From NCBI GenBank assembly GCA_035084275.1, contig CM068767.1, forward strand, positions 5,766,001-5,830,000: DNA of 64,000 nt, given 5' to 3'. This DNA is from Hydrolagus colliei. Lineage: Eukaryota. A model generated the notes under the pieces. That model saw nothing but the letters and a program-made list of their open reading frames with translations, was not told where the DNA came from and ran no database searches. Positions 46,918-60,800 of this stretch are shown in pieces; the stretch's first letter is position 1; each line of letters begins with the position of its first letter. The translations under genes and the position numbers were made by a program.

Positions 46918-48400
46918 CCATCAAGTTATCGACCCATCTCCAACCTCCCGTTTCTATCCAAGGTCCTTGAAAGAGTGGTTGCCTCCCAGCTCCGCTCTTT
47001 ACTTTCAACTCACTCACTCCTTGAACCCCTACAATCAGGTTTCCGCCCTATCCACAGCACAGAAGCTGCCCTGGTTAAGGTTACAAATGACATCCTAACC
47101 GCCTGTGACCAGGGCTCCCTCTGCCTCCTCGTCCTCCTTGACCTGTCTGCTGCGTTCGACACAGTCGATCACACCATCCTCCTTCAACGTCTTTCCTCCC
47201 ACCTCAACCTTCAAGGCACAGTCCTTGACTGGTTCCATTCCTATCTGACCCACCGTTTACACTTTGTATCTTCCAATGGTTTTTCTTCAAACCCCCGCAC
47301 AGTTTCTCACGGCGTCCCTCTGTCCTCGGTCCCCTCCTTTTCACCCTTTACACGCTCTCTCTGGGCGACGTCATCCGCAGACATGGGGTAAATTTCCACA
47401 TGTATGCGGATGACACCCAACTGTACCTTTCTGCCTCATCCCTCAACCCCCAGACCATCGATGTTCTGACAGCATGTCTGTCCAACATCGAGTCCTGGAC
47501 GAGGGACAACGTTTTGCAATTGAACGTGAGTAAGACCGAGGCCCTCCTGATTGGCTCAAGCCAACGCCTCCGCACATCGGGCGCTGCCAGCCTCAACATC
47601 CAAGGCTGTACTCTCCACCTCACAAAGCCAGTCAGGAACCTCGGGGTCACGTTCGACCAAAAACTTTCCTTCCTCCCCCACATCCGCGCCTTGACTGGCA
47701 CCGCCTATTTCCACCTGCACAATATTGCCAGGCTCTACAACTATCTTACCCCCCGCGCTGCCGAAACACTCGTGCAGAGGCGTACATCACCTCACGGCTG
47801 GACTACGGAAACTCTCTCCTCGTCGGCCTCCCCAGTTCCTCCATTCACAGGCTGCAGGTCATCCAAAACTCTGCAGCCCGTGTACTATCCCGCACCCGCC
47901 TCCGCGACCACATAACCCCCACCCTCGCCCGTCTCCACTGGCTCCCCATCCTCCAGAGGATCGAGTTCAAGATCCTCGTCCTCACCTTCAAGGCCTTACA
48001 CGGCCTTGCCCCATCCTACCTAACCCATCTACTCTCCCCCTACACGCCCACCCGGACCCTCCGTTCATCAGGACTTGGCCTGCTCCAAGCCCCCCGCCCG
48101 AACCGCCCCACCATCGGAGGCCGGGCCTTCAGTTTCTCCGCTCCCACCCTATGGAATGCCATCCCTCAATCCCTCCGTCTCGTCTCTTCCCTTTCCTCTT
48201 TCAAGGCCGGTTTGAAGACTTTCCTCTTCGATCGTGCCTTTTGTTCCACCCCGAACTCTTTTACCTCCCCTTCGTGTTTCACCCCTTCCCAAACACTCCC
48301 CTCCCAGCTCGGGTCACACGCCTCCTGTGCAGCGCCTTGGGACGTCCTCCCGACGTGAAAGGCGCTCTATAAATGTAAATTGTTGTTGTTGTTGTTGTTA
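46918..48400 (+). mobile_element. 5'-truncated L2-clade LINE (RT domain to 3' tail) with two frameshifts
   Basis: [60 protein letters not shown]; tail gcgccttgggacgtcc..aaggcgctctataaatg(ttg)n. Frame breaks near 47320 and 47775. Confidence 0.92.
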
Positions 48401-48414
48401 GTGTGAAGCTTCTG

Positions 48415-48519
48415 AGCCACCCACACAACACGAGAGGCGCTGAAGGCTGGTGTTGTTGTTGTTACGTACAGCGATGTGCCCTTTGGGGGCGAGTGCGACA
48501 CATCTCATTACCTTGAAAA
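48415..48519 (+). repeat. Right copy of the 105-bp direct repeat flanking the L2
   Basis: 104/105 identical to 46813-46917. Confidence 0.95.
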
Positions 48520-48581
48520 GGCACTTTTGCGTCCGTACGGCTAGTTAATGTGAGATTGTTTTTCAAAATACACAGTGCGTA

Positions 48582-48616
<35 letters not shown>

Positions 48617-49622
48617 GCGTTGCTTTGTGTACAAGGTGACAGATGTGTGGAGAGAGCCATAGTACAACAACAGCAACAAAATGACATTTATAGAGCGCCA
48701 TTTACATCGGGAAATGTACTTCAGGTGGACATTATCTGAATATACAGGACCCAATGCAAAAATGAAACCCCTCTCAATACTATATACACACATACACACA
48801 CACACTCTCCAATCTTCTTTTGAGTTGAATAAATGGCTTGGAATGTTGAGTTATTGCAGACTTTTTTGTCGAAGAACAAGAAAGTCTGACCCAACAAAAA
48901 CAATCATGTTTCCAATTCTTCAAGTCTTCAGATAGTGTGTGTGTGTGTGTACTGTGTATATATAGCAACAGCTCTGCGCAGAGTCAACATTTGTGTAGCA
49001 TGAGTTACGGCCCTGACTTTTACTAACTGAAACAACATGTGTGGAAAAGATGTTCTGGGAAACGTTTCCCATCCCGAAAGGAGACTTTTTTTTCTTCTTG
49101 TTAGTCCTAGGTTTTACCTCGGCTGCAAATCAACGGCGATCCGCTGATTAACGAGATATTTAGATACCGGGAGTTTCATTCAAATTCTCTGAGCCAAACC
49201 TTCGAGCAATGGTCAGAGTTTTCGATCGTCTTTTTATACCTCGGCTCGTGAGAGTTCCAGCGAACTATATCATTCAGACAGATTCATTGCCTGGCTCGTT
49301 CATTGTTGTCCTTGGCCAGCGCTCGGTTCGAATGGTAATAATACTCCAATGCCAACAGACTCAGTCAGTAGACGCAAGTGTACTTTACTTGTCAAGTGGG
49401 AAGAACATTAGAGAATATTAAACATTAAAGGCCTCTAAAAGTGCTTTGCAGCCCAGCCTAGTGACTGTTATTAGGCAAGCTAACAATAATACTAATAATA
49501 AGCATAATAATATTTGATATCGCGCTTTATCACGTCGTTGAGACGTCTCAACACTCTTCACAGAATATAGTGTAAAGAGGATGGACTGTGTATGTTGTGC
49601 AATCCTTTAGTTGAGACATTGT

Positions 49623-49959
49623 GGAGCTCCCATAGCTCGGTGGTTAGAGCACTCGCCTTACATGCCTTACATCTGTGTTCGAATCCAGGCAGATCAGGGC
49701 AAGTTTCCTTAATCCACACACACACACACACATGCGCCTAATAATCATCCGTCCAAAAAAAAAACACAATAATAAAAATTGGTCATTTTCAATCCGCGAC
49801 TGTTTGTGGGGGGGACGCTGCTGTGCGCAATTGGCTGCCGCGTTTCGAACACAAATACACACAGTCAATTCACTTTACAGTATATTCTGTGAAGCGCTTT
49901 GAGACGTCGATGCGATGTGGAAAGCCGCGATATCAAATGCAAGGATTATTATTATTATT
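49623..49959 (+). mobile_element. Same SINE family, full length
   Basis: Head, core and tail present. Confidence 0.9.
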
Positions 49960-50407
49960 TTTAACCCGAGGTCTCACTTGCCTGGTCAGGTGGGCGTTAA
50001 AGATCCCAAGGCACAATTGAGAAAGGCGAGAGAGTTTTTCCCCCAGTGTCCTAACCAACAAATAGCCCAAATAAAATGGATCGCTCCCTCCGCGATTGTA
50101 TGTGGGACATTGCTGTGCGCAAACCGGCTGCCTTGTTTCACCCACAGAACCCACAGTCACTGAGTGACACACAGTCACTCCGCTTAAACGCAATAACATC
50201 CCGTGAGAAGTCTTACGTTAAGATGTGTTAAGACGTTGTATAAAATGCCAAAATTATTACTGTTGTTATTGCAATATTTACAATTTTCATCAACTTGTTT
50301 CCTGGCTATTTTGCCAACAGTGAAAGCGACAGCCACGTCTTTTCACAACAAATCAAATGGCTCTATTCCTGGCTCTTAAATTCCTTCACAGTGGTGCTCA
50401 TTCCACA

Positions 50408-50438
<31 letters not shown>

Positions 50439-51670
50439 AAAAATGTACAGTATGTTAAAAGTTGAAATGAAACTGCATTGCAGACAGATTACTGAGCACA
50501 TTCTAGCTAGATCCAAGGCAAGTTGGGCGAGATCCAGTGGCTGAAAGTGATGTGAGATTAATGAGGGTTTCTACTGTAAGGTTGAGTTGGGTCAACTCTC
50601 TTTCTCCCACTCGCTTCCCTCCCCCTCGCTATGTCTCTATATGTCTCTCTCTCTATCTCTCTCTGTGTCTCTCCTATTCTGGGATTGTTTCGGAGAGACA
50701 CATCTACAAATTCCTACTCCCTTCCACTCCTGCGAGCTGAGATTTTGAGTTTCCATAGCTGTGCCAGAGTTTCTAGTGAAGAGAAAATATACAGTACAGA
50801 GGGAATTCTTCCAAGATGCACCCAACTGCCCCTACCTCCCTCGCTCAGGAATGATCTCAAAGCTGAATACTTAGCTCTGGAAAAAGGAAGTGTGGGCTAC
50901 AGAGACATTACTGACACTCGGTCGTTCAATGTGTGTGTATGGGGATGGGGGGTGTGGAGAGGGAGAGAGAGGATTGGGGGGAAACAAAAATCAGAGATTC
51001 ATTTTTTCCCAAGAACTTTTTGTAGAAAGTTGACTGATGTGTCTGTTCTTCCTATCCTGACCCTAGCTGGGCATTTGGCAGTTTGGAAGGCGTGAAATTC
51101 TCAGAAGTCAACAAATGGTATGGACTTACTTACTTTACTTACTAACACTCACTCACCTCCTCCCCTCCCTCCCTCCCTCCCTCCCTCCTAACCTCCTCCC
51201 CACTCAGTTTCTCATGCGATTCAAATCCATAGCACTCCACTCAGCAGTTACAAACTCAGGGATTTGGGGGAGAGTGGGGGAGAAGAGTGGCACGTCAGCA
51301 AACCAGAGGCAATCAGCAATGGAAGATCAAATGTAAAAGTACATGTAATATGTTCTATTAATTATATATAGGTTTATATTATATTTGATATATATTTATT
51401 GAGATGTGCGAAAAAAAAGTAAAATAGCAAATTATTCAGAGATTTGTATGCATATGTATAGTGTGTGTATTTATAATATAATAAAATCAGATTATTTAAA
51501 ATCTATTTTAATATACTTCAATATATATTTTAATATACAGTATAATTTTAATGTATTCACACATAACAATATTATTAATAATGATATGATTATATGTGTG
51601 GGTGTCTCAACCGTAGCCTTGATCTCTCTCCCTCTCTCTCCCTCTCTCCTGTTTAACTAGAGTCACGATC

Positions 51671-51824
51671 ATGGGAAAGTCAGAAAGTCAGATGGATATC
51701 GTTGAAAAATCTACTAAATCCGTCAAGAGAAATTGGAGTCTGTTGGAAATCGGTCTAGCAGTTTTGCTGCTACTGATGACATGTGCAGTGGTCGCGTTGG
51801 TCGTTCTATACTCCACCGAAAAGG
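51671..51824 (+). CDS. MMEL1: MMEL1 first coding exon (cytoplasmic tail plus TM anchor); exon begins at 51661
   Basis: [14 protein letters not shown]...[20 protein letters not shown]; acceptor taactag at 51654-51660; donor G|gtgagt. It is shorter than 60 aa and so absent from the ORF track. Confidence 0.92.
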
Positions 51825-54800
51825 GTGAGTGTTGAGAACAGGCGGGTGAGTTACAACTTAAAAGCAAAGTTCCAACTCTTTTAACTAAATGATCATTTTT
51901 TTTCTGAACGTTGAAATAGTTGATTGTGATTTTTTTTCTTACTTGTTTTTATCTGCACTCAATATTTCTCCCTCCCCTCTCTCTGTATGTGTGTGATCGC
52001 ATTATTTGAAACTGATTTAAAGGCAGCATTAACAGTTGTGATTCACGTTAGTCCAAAATAGTGAAAAGATACTGGAAATAATAATAATAATCCTTGCAAT
52101 TGATATAGCGCTTTTCACGTTTTCTAGACGTCTCAAAGCGCTTCACAGAATATACTGTAAAGTGAATTGACTGTATATACGTGGGCGAAACGCGGCAGCC
52201 AATTGCGCACAGCAGCGTCCCCCCCCCCCCCCACAAACAGTCACGGATTTAAATGATCAATTTATTATAGGTTTTTTTTTAGGGATTCTTATTAGGGGTG
52301 TGTGTGTGGAATAAGGAAACTGGCCCAATGTTTCGCCCTGACCTGCTTGGATTCGAACACAGGTCTCACGATTGTAAGGCATAATGTTATAGTGTGAAAT
52401 GTTAGTTTACTTTTTTTTTAAAGTGTTGAATATTACATGTATACGGTTAATTCACTTTACAGTGTATTCTGTGAAGCGCTTTGAGACGTCTAGAAGAGGT
52501 GGAAAGCGCTATTTCAAATGCAAGCATTGTTGTTATATTTCTTTGGTGACAATGTGGGAAGTTTGCAGCGGTGCGTCACTCCGCCAATGAGAGTGATAAT
52601 GACTTGAGACTTTGAGAGTACGGTTACACAGCTTGTGATAGTGATGCTCACACTAAACTGAACTCAGCAATGGCTGGGAATCACATACAACAACTTGCAT
52701 TTATATAGCGCCCCCCCCCCCCCCCCTCCACGCTGGATGGCGTCTCTGAGTGCTTCACAATGGCAGAAACAAAGTTTCGGAGTGTTAGTGGCCGAGAGCA
52801 CGGCCACCGATGGTGGAGCGGAGATGGGGGTGGGGAGGAGTGGGGGGATGGGGGGGTTTGGTAAGTGCCGTAAATGCCATCTTTCGGGTGAGACCTTAAG
52901 CTGAGGTCCCTTGAGGTGCTATTTGAAAAGGATGTTTCTCCTAGTTTCCTGGCCAACAAATCCCCCAAAGAAAATTGGTCCCTCGACTCCGTGAATATAT
53001 TGTCAAGTGGATTGACTTGTGTGTTTTTGGTGACTGTGTTATTTTGTGGGGGAATAGAATCGGTTACTCACTCCATGGCTGTTTGTGTGGGACGTTTGCT
53101 GTGTGCGAACTGGCTGATGTGTTTAGCCCACAAGACACACAGTCGATTGCAACAGTAGATTTACAACATCATATAACTGCCTTGCTGGTGAGTTCTAGGA
53201 TAGTACAGTGCCCATTAAAATTAATTATGTAATTCACTCCCAATTCCACCCACAAATAGATTTTTTTTATGGCTGCAAGATTTATTAGTGTTAATGATTG
53301 TAAGAGTGCTTCACAGAGAGAAACATTTGGCAAATGCACTACAGAAAGAGAGAATGTTCTAGGTATTGATAAATGCAAGTTCTCCATATTTAGTATTGTG
53401 TCTGTGTTGAGGGAGCTGCCCTATTCTGATTTTTAAACAATAACTTGGATGATTAAAATAGCATTTAAATCAGTCATTTCAATCCCAGACTGTCTGTGGG
53501 ACACTGCTGCGCGCAAATGGCTGTCTACACGTTTCGCCCACAGAGAGACAGTCAATTCACTTTACAATATATTCTGTGCAGCGCCTTGAGACATCTCATT
53601 GAATCAAACGCAAGGATTATTATTATTATTTCATTTCCAAACCTTTGCTATGGGTGAAAATAGTGCGTTTGCCTTCGAAGAACTATTATTGAATTAGTCT
53701 GTGAAGCGCCGTGGGGCTTTATGCGGAGACCGTAAGGCACGCCAAGAGTAGAAAGTTGTTTCCGCAGTGGAGGAAAGTTTTTTTTTGGGTGTGAAAAGTG
53801 TTTACAGAAAGAGCATCAGGGTGTTTTGTAGGACACATTAGTCACACTTTCCAGAGCGTGCTTTTCCTCTCCTCGGGTTAAAGCAATTCCAGCAAAAAAA
53901 AGAAAGTCATTTAAATCACATTCTGGATTCAGGACCTTAGAATAAATCACACAGACCATTAGCGAGGGCCAGTACCTATCTGTATCTGCCACAGAAATCT
54001 CGCTGTTCACCACAGCGAGCACACGTTTCTACCTCCGTTAGTGTCTGAGCCTCTGCTCTGCGCTAGACCGAATGCTCTCTGTCTTGTGGAGTCCGGTAGC
54101 TGAGTGGTCGCCTTACAAGCGTTGAGACTTGTGCTCGAAACCAGGCAGGCCAGGGCGAAACCTTGGGGCAAGTTTCCTTACAGACGCCTATTGATAATTC
54201 CTCCAAAAAACACAAACAATACTAAAATTGGACTGACTGTGGGGGGGACGCTGCTGTGCGCAATTTCTCCCACAAGTATACAGTGAATTCACTTTACAGT
54301 TCATTCTGTGAAGCGTTTTGAGACACAGGCTAGAAGACGCGAAAGGCACTACATCAAATGCAAGGATTATTATTGCTATTATAAATGCAGAAATCGAGAC
54401 TGGCTAACTTGTTTGTTCAGAGCAAAGCAGTGCCATTAATGATGCCATTAATCACAGTTTAATCTCCTTGTTATGGACTGTCATCGCTTTATTGTCTTTG
54501 GATCAAGGTACGCAGAGGATTCGTTCCTCATTCGAAGGGATGTTGCACTCTCTCTCTCTCGGCTGTCTTGTATGATGTATCTGTTTGTCAATCTGTCTCG
54601 GTGAATAACTAAACCTCTTAATAGTCAGAACAACGCAAAGCGCGCTGCAGAATGAGCATCCGCGAGGTGCCCTTTAGACTTAATATCTATTGTTAAAATG
54701 CGTTCGCGTTCCCCTCCGCTCAACGTAATCAGCCTCTGAGCCTCGGCCAGACTCTGCCATCTGAAGTGTCACTTACTAAAACCCCCGTGCGTTCAACGCA

Positions 54801-57800
54801 AAGACCTCTTTCCACCCCTAGGGCCTTAAGTTCAAACGCATTCATTATCAGGGAGGAAAACCTGGTGCATCTCTTCCTTCTCTCCCCCCAACCCACCCCC
54901 CACCACCTTTCCATGTACAGGGTATAATCATAAATAATCCTACCATTTTTAGAGCGCTTTTCACATCTTCTAGACGTCTCAAAGCGCTTCACAGGATATA
55001 CTGTAAAGTTAATTGACTCTATATTTGTGGGCGAAAAGCGGCAGCCAAACGCGCGGCAGCGTCCCCCCCCCCCCCCCCCCCCCACACACACGATCGCGGA
55101 TTGAAAATGACCAATTTCGTGATTGTTTTATTTTTGGGAGGGTTTAGTATCAGGCGTGGGTGGAGTAAGGAAACCTGCCCGAGGTTTCACCCTGACCTGC
55201 CTGGAATCGAACCCAGGTCTCGGGGTGTTCACGAACTGACTGTTTGACACTCGTGCTTGAAACACCCTTCCCTTCTCCCTCAGGCGAGCGGCTGAACAGA
55301 AGTTCGGATAAAGTCTGCACGACCCAGGGCTGCATTACCGCAGGTCAGTGACTAACTCCACCTCCGCCACCACCAACAACAACTTGCATTTGTAAAGTGC
55401 CCCCTCATCACCACAGTGTAGCTTCCTAGATGGGAATATGTTTGAAGAAGGGGGGAGGGGGGGGGGGGAAACGTGACTGTAGGAACGTGATGGATTGAGG
55501 GATTGAGCGTCCTAGAGTTTCAGGATAGAGTGGGACAAGCAAGAAGCTGGGGCCGGGCGAATAGAGGCACGAGTGATATTGTGGGTGGGTGGGCAGGTGT
55601 GATTGATGGTATTAATCTGTGTCCCCAGTGGAAATATTAATGGGATTTCTTATTAATACAGCCGAGAGGTGACACCGATATCTGTGTGCGTATCCATGGT
55701 TGGAGGGCTGTTACCAAACTAGTAGAGGCCAGGGTAGTAAATGTTTGGGGCAGGCTCCGCGAAGAGATGGTGGAAGCAAAAAAATAGTATTATTAACAAT
55801 TATTTAACTAATTAAATCATTGACTAAATCATTCAACTTAAGAATGTTGATTATTTGAATGATAGTAATCCTTGCATTTGATATGGCGCTTTTCACGTCT
55901 TCTATACTGTGTCTCAAAGCGCTTCACAGAATATACCGTAAAGTGAATTGACTGTATATTTTGTGGGAAAAACGAGCCAGCCAATTGCGCACAGGGCATC
56001 CCCCACAAACAGTCGTGGATTGAAATGACCAATTTTATTATTGTGGGGTTTTTTTTGGTAGGGGGGGGGGATTATTATTAGGTGTGTGTATGTGTGTGTG
56101 TGTAGGTATATGTGTGTGTGAAGTAAGGAAACTTGCCCAAGGTTTCGCCCTGACCTGCCTGGATTCGAAACACAGGTCTCACGCTTGTGAGGTGAGGTGA
56201 GCGCTCTAACCACTGAGCTGCAAGACAGGATGCATCTCAGGAACATCTCAGCGACGTGAATGCTATTGTTTTGTCTTCCCCGCAGCTGCTCGAATCATCC
56301 AGAACATGGATTCCACAGCCCAACCCTGCGAGGACTTTTACAGATATGCCTGTGGGGGCTGGTTGAGCCGAAACATTATCCCCGAGACCAGCTCAAGGTA
56401 CAGCATCTTTGATATCCTTCGCGATGAACTGGAGATCATCCTGAAAGGTAACGGAACAACAGCAAACACATTGTCCCAACTTCAAATACTTTTTTTCTTA
56501 TAAAAAAACAAAAAAACATCTTTCTCTCTGTGTTTTTCCTTCCCTGACTTTTTTTTTTCCTCTGAGCCTCTCCCTCCTCCTCCTCCCCACCCACCCTCCC
56601 CTCTCACTCTCGGGCGAATATACCGTTGGCATTGTTAGTAAGATGGAGTTACTTCTCTCTCGTTTTAGGCGTCTTGGAAAGACCCGATGACGGAGACCGA
56701 GACGCTGTTAAAAAGGCTAAATGTCTGTACAAATCCTGCTTGAACGAAAGTAAGTTCATTCTCCCAACTGTGTTCGCTTTGAAATATCCGATTGAAATTC
56801 GCTCTCAGCCTCGAGAGTGCCAGTTCGCGTTAACACCAGCTTAATAATAAATGCCAGTACAGTATTTCCACTCACCAGCCGCCCACTCACCACAGCCCCA
56901 CCCCTCCCCCCCCCATCCATTATAAACAAAGCTGTCAGATGGCGAAGGGACTGGTCAGATGAGCCCTTTTAATGGATGGAAGGAGCCAGGAAGCATCAGC
57001 TGCCCGGAATGGTTGTCTCTCTCTCCCTCTCTCGCTCGCGAGTTAATGAAGGCGTTGGCAATGCTTGCAAGGCTATTAGCTGTGAAGGGAAGCGTGAAGG
57101 CTGTGGTTAACGGCCTTTTATAGCGTGTGACGTGCGTGTATCACAATGAGATTCTCATTTCCTCGCAAATTACCGAGACCTCCGAGGCTAATCGTGTGAT
57201 GCTTTGACAGGCGCATGATCTCTTTCCTAACCTCCCTCCACACTGTGTCACCTTTCTTACCCAGACCAGCTGTGCACGATTAGGTAGTGATTTAGCCCTT
57301 CGCTCTGCGGGCTGGAGATGTGAATCCAGGCACGGCTGAAATCCGTTGACGGAGGCCGGTTGCCACCATCGCTCGGTCTCTGCTTCACTCACGCCCACGT
57401 CGCGTCAAAGCAAAACCCTCTCGACAGACTGAGGAGGATTAGGAAAACGATTGAAATACAATGCAAATGATTTGGAGAGGTGGGGGCGGGCGGATGGTGG
57501 TGATGGTGGGAGGGTGTAAACAACATCCACGACACAGCAATTGCAGGAAGAGATGTGCGCAAAGTGGCTGCCGCGTTTCGCCCACAAATATACACAGCCG
57601 ATTCACTTTACAGGATATTCAGAAGGTTGGGAACGAACTCGGCAGAGCGTGGAGATCGAAGCTAGGCCTCGCCTATTCCTCTCCTAGCCGCCTGAGCTAC
57701 GGAGAAAGTCATTGAGCCACCAGGTTGCGCTGGTCGCCCTGCCCTGCCCACGCTCTTATTTCTCCACAGGTTTAATAGAGGAACGCGGTTCGGAACCACT

Positions 57801-60800
57801 CATGTATTTGTTGGACGCGGTTGGAGACTGGCCAGTGGCCACAGTTGACTGGAACGTCACAAGAGGTAAAGTCAGTCAGTTCAGGTGTCAGCCTGGCTCA
57901 GATGATAGCGCGCTCCCCACCGCGAACCTGGACTGCAGACCCACGTGAAGACTCGGGTTTGCGGTCGAGACCGACCAACGCCGCCGCCGTGATTTCGGAC
58001 GAGATGGCAAAACGCGGCTCCCAAAGCGGACCTTAACCATCACTGCCACCAACCAGGGCAAGAATAAAATACATTTACCTCACGCCTTCCTCGTCGGGAG
58101 GACGCAAAGTGTTTCTTGACGCCCCTCAAGTTGGCTTGAAGTACAGGTTCTCCTTCGTAGGGCGTCCTCCTGACGTGAAAGCCACAATGCAAGGGTCATT
58201 TTGTTGTTGTTGTGTGTGTGTCCCCCAGATCCTGAGTGGAGTCTTGAGAGGATCCTGCCTCTGTTGAACACCGATTACAACAAGAGAATCCTGGTGGACA
58301 TGTTCGTTTGGACGGATGACATGGACTCCAGCAGATACACAATTTATGTAAGAGCCCAGGCCTTCTGATAATTTGCTCGGCGGTCTACTCTCTTGCTGTT
58401 TGGTTCCGTTAGCCAACGTAGCACCCGTGCCGCGACTCTAGAAAGTTGAGAGTCTCGACGCGTCGTCACCTCTACGGGTGTTTGGTTGCTCAGAACTCTT
58501 CCCCATTTCAAAGGGCACTTCGGGGAAATGTGGGGGGGGGGGGTGGGAACGACGACGATCGAAGCTGATTTTAAACGTTGAAATTTGTAGTCCAAAAACC
58601 ATAGAAATTGGACACCAGCGAGGAAGGATAATCGGTCTGTTGTGTTGGTGCTGGCTTTTTGAAAGAGCGATTCTTTCGCTTTCACTCCCATTTCCAATTC
58701 CTCTTTTCCCCATACCTCTGCAGATTGACTGATTTTTTTAGATGTCTCGTGTGTCCCCGGCCTCAGTTTACCAACAGAATAAGTAGGAACCCGATTTTTA
58801 ATCCATCCATGACTGCTCGAAGCTCAGCGGTTGGAGCACTCGGCTTACAAGCGTGAGACCTGTGTTCGAATCCAGGCAGGCCAGGGCGAATTTCAACCCA
58901 CGACTGTTTGTGTGGGGGAGACGCTGCCGCGCGCAATTGGCTGCCGCGTTTCGCCGGTGAATTGATACACAGTCAGTTCACTGTACAGGATACACGCGCG
59001 ATATCAAAGGCAAGGATTCATCAATAATAGGAATAAAATATGTTGCTCAACGCTTTGCTCTTCCAGGTCGATCAGGCTCTACTCGGAATGCCATCCAGAG
59101 ACTTTTATTTCGGAGGCGGCAATAATAAAAAGGTGAAGCCGTTTGAATCTCACTTTCTTCTTTCCACATCCCGGCTCGATTACGCAAACGCCTTGCTTGC
59201 TGGTCGGCCTTCCCAATTCCTCCCTCCGCAGGCTGCAGACAGTCCAGGACTCTGCGGCCCGTGTCAAACTGTTCCAAACTACCATCCCTCCCCACACCCA
59301 ATCCTCGCCCGACTCCATTGGCTCCCCATCATCCGGAGGATCCAATTCAAGATCCTGGTCCTCACATTAAAAGACCTCCACAACCCAGCCCCCCCCCCCC
59401 CCCCCCACCTTAAGTGAACGTGACCGCCTATCCCCTTACCAACCTGCCCACCCCCTCCGTTCGGCATGCTCTGGCCTGCTCCACGTCTCCCCCAACCATT
59501 GGCGGGCGAGCCTTCAGTCCCCCAAAACCTCTGGAACTCCATCCCAAAGTCCCTCCTGAAAAGCGCTATGCAAATGTAATTTGATTATCGTTGTGGTTTC
59601 ACTCGGTTTCACCCCCTTTCCGTTGCAAGGTGCGTGACGCCTACTTGCAGTTTATGATTTTGATCGTCCAGATGATCAGAGAGGACAGAAACCTGACCAG
59701 GAACGACGCCTTCGTCCGGGAGGAAATGGCCAAAGTCCTGGAATTCGAAATAGAAATTGCCAACGTGAGTGTTTAACAAGGTTTTATTTGGAGTCAACTT
59801 GGAAGAGAGTGTGTGTGTGTGTGTGTGTGAGCTTAGCTGGTAGCGGTTTTGCATCTGGTTCAAACGATTGTGAGTCCGTGCTCCTTTGAGCCTGCAGTTC
59901 AGGTTCCAGTGCAGTAATGGGAGAGAGGGAGAGAGAGAGGGGTGGTTTCATTGTAAAATGTACTATTTCGACATGGGGTGCGGAGCTTCTGTTGCTCGGT
60001 GGTTAGAGCACTGGCCTTACAAGCGTGAGACTTGTGTTTCGAATCCAGGCAGGTCAGGGCGAAACCTTGGGCAAGTTTCCTTACTCCACACACGCACGCG
60101 CCTAATAATAATCCATTCCCCCCCCAAAAGATAAAAAATTGGTCATTTCAATCCACGATTGTTTGTGGGGACGCTGCTGTGCGCAATTAATTGGCTGCCG
60201 CGTTTCGCCCACAAATACACAGTCGATTGACTCTACAGTATATTATGTGAAGCGCTTTGAGAACAGAGTCTAGAAGACGTGAAAAGTGCTATGTCAAATG
60301 AAACGATTATTATTATTATCTCCCTAAACTCAGGTGCAAAGCTGAGTTTGTCTATCTTAACATCTCACGTTAATCTCAAAGGCAACCGCAGCACAGGAAG
60401 AAAGACACGATGTCACACAGATGTACAACAAAATGACACTTTCTCAGCTGCAGGAAAAGTTTGACCTCAATGTGAGTAATTGTTCATTGATTTCTTCAGC
60501 CTTGATGTAATAGGGCTTTGGGTCTTATTTTTTGTTGTGTGTGTGTGTGTTTCTTTGTCCGCTGGCAACCCATCACTGTGCTTAAGAGAAACGATTCGCT
60601 CTTTGGCTCGTAAGATTAAATCAGAGCTGGGTGGGTGGGTGGCTTAGGAAAAAATCCCTGCTCTCAGTGACTCGTCCTGGCAAAAGGGAAAATACATAAC
60701 CATTCTCATCTTACAAACCGTAGCGATTCATTCGGATGTTCTCCTCCTTGTGTCTCAGGGGTTTAACTGGACCAAATTCATTCAAGGAATCATGTCAAGT

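Noticed and set aside
51671-51720. Calling the M13 peptidase MME (neprilysin) because of [10 protein letters not shown]
   Set aside because: Downstream diagnostic residues (RYSIFD, ALFGT..EE..WREC) and adjacency to TTC34 fit MMEL1 better.
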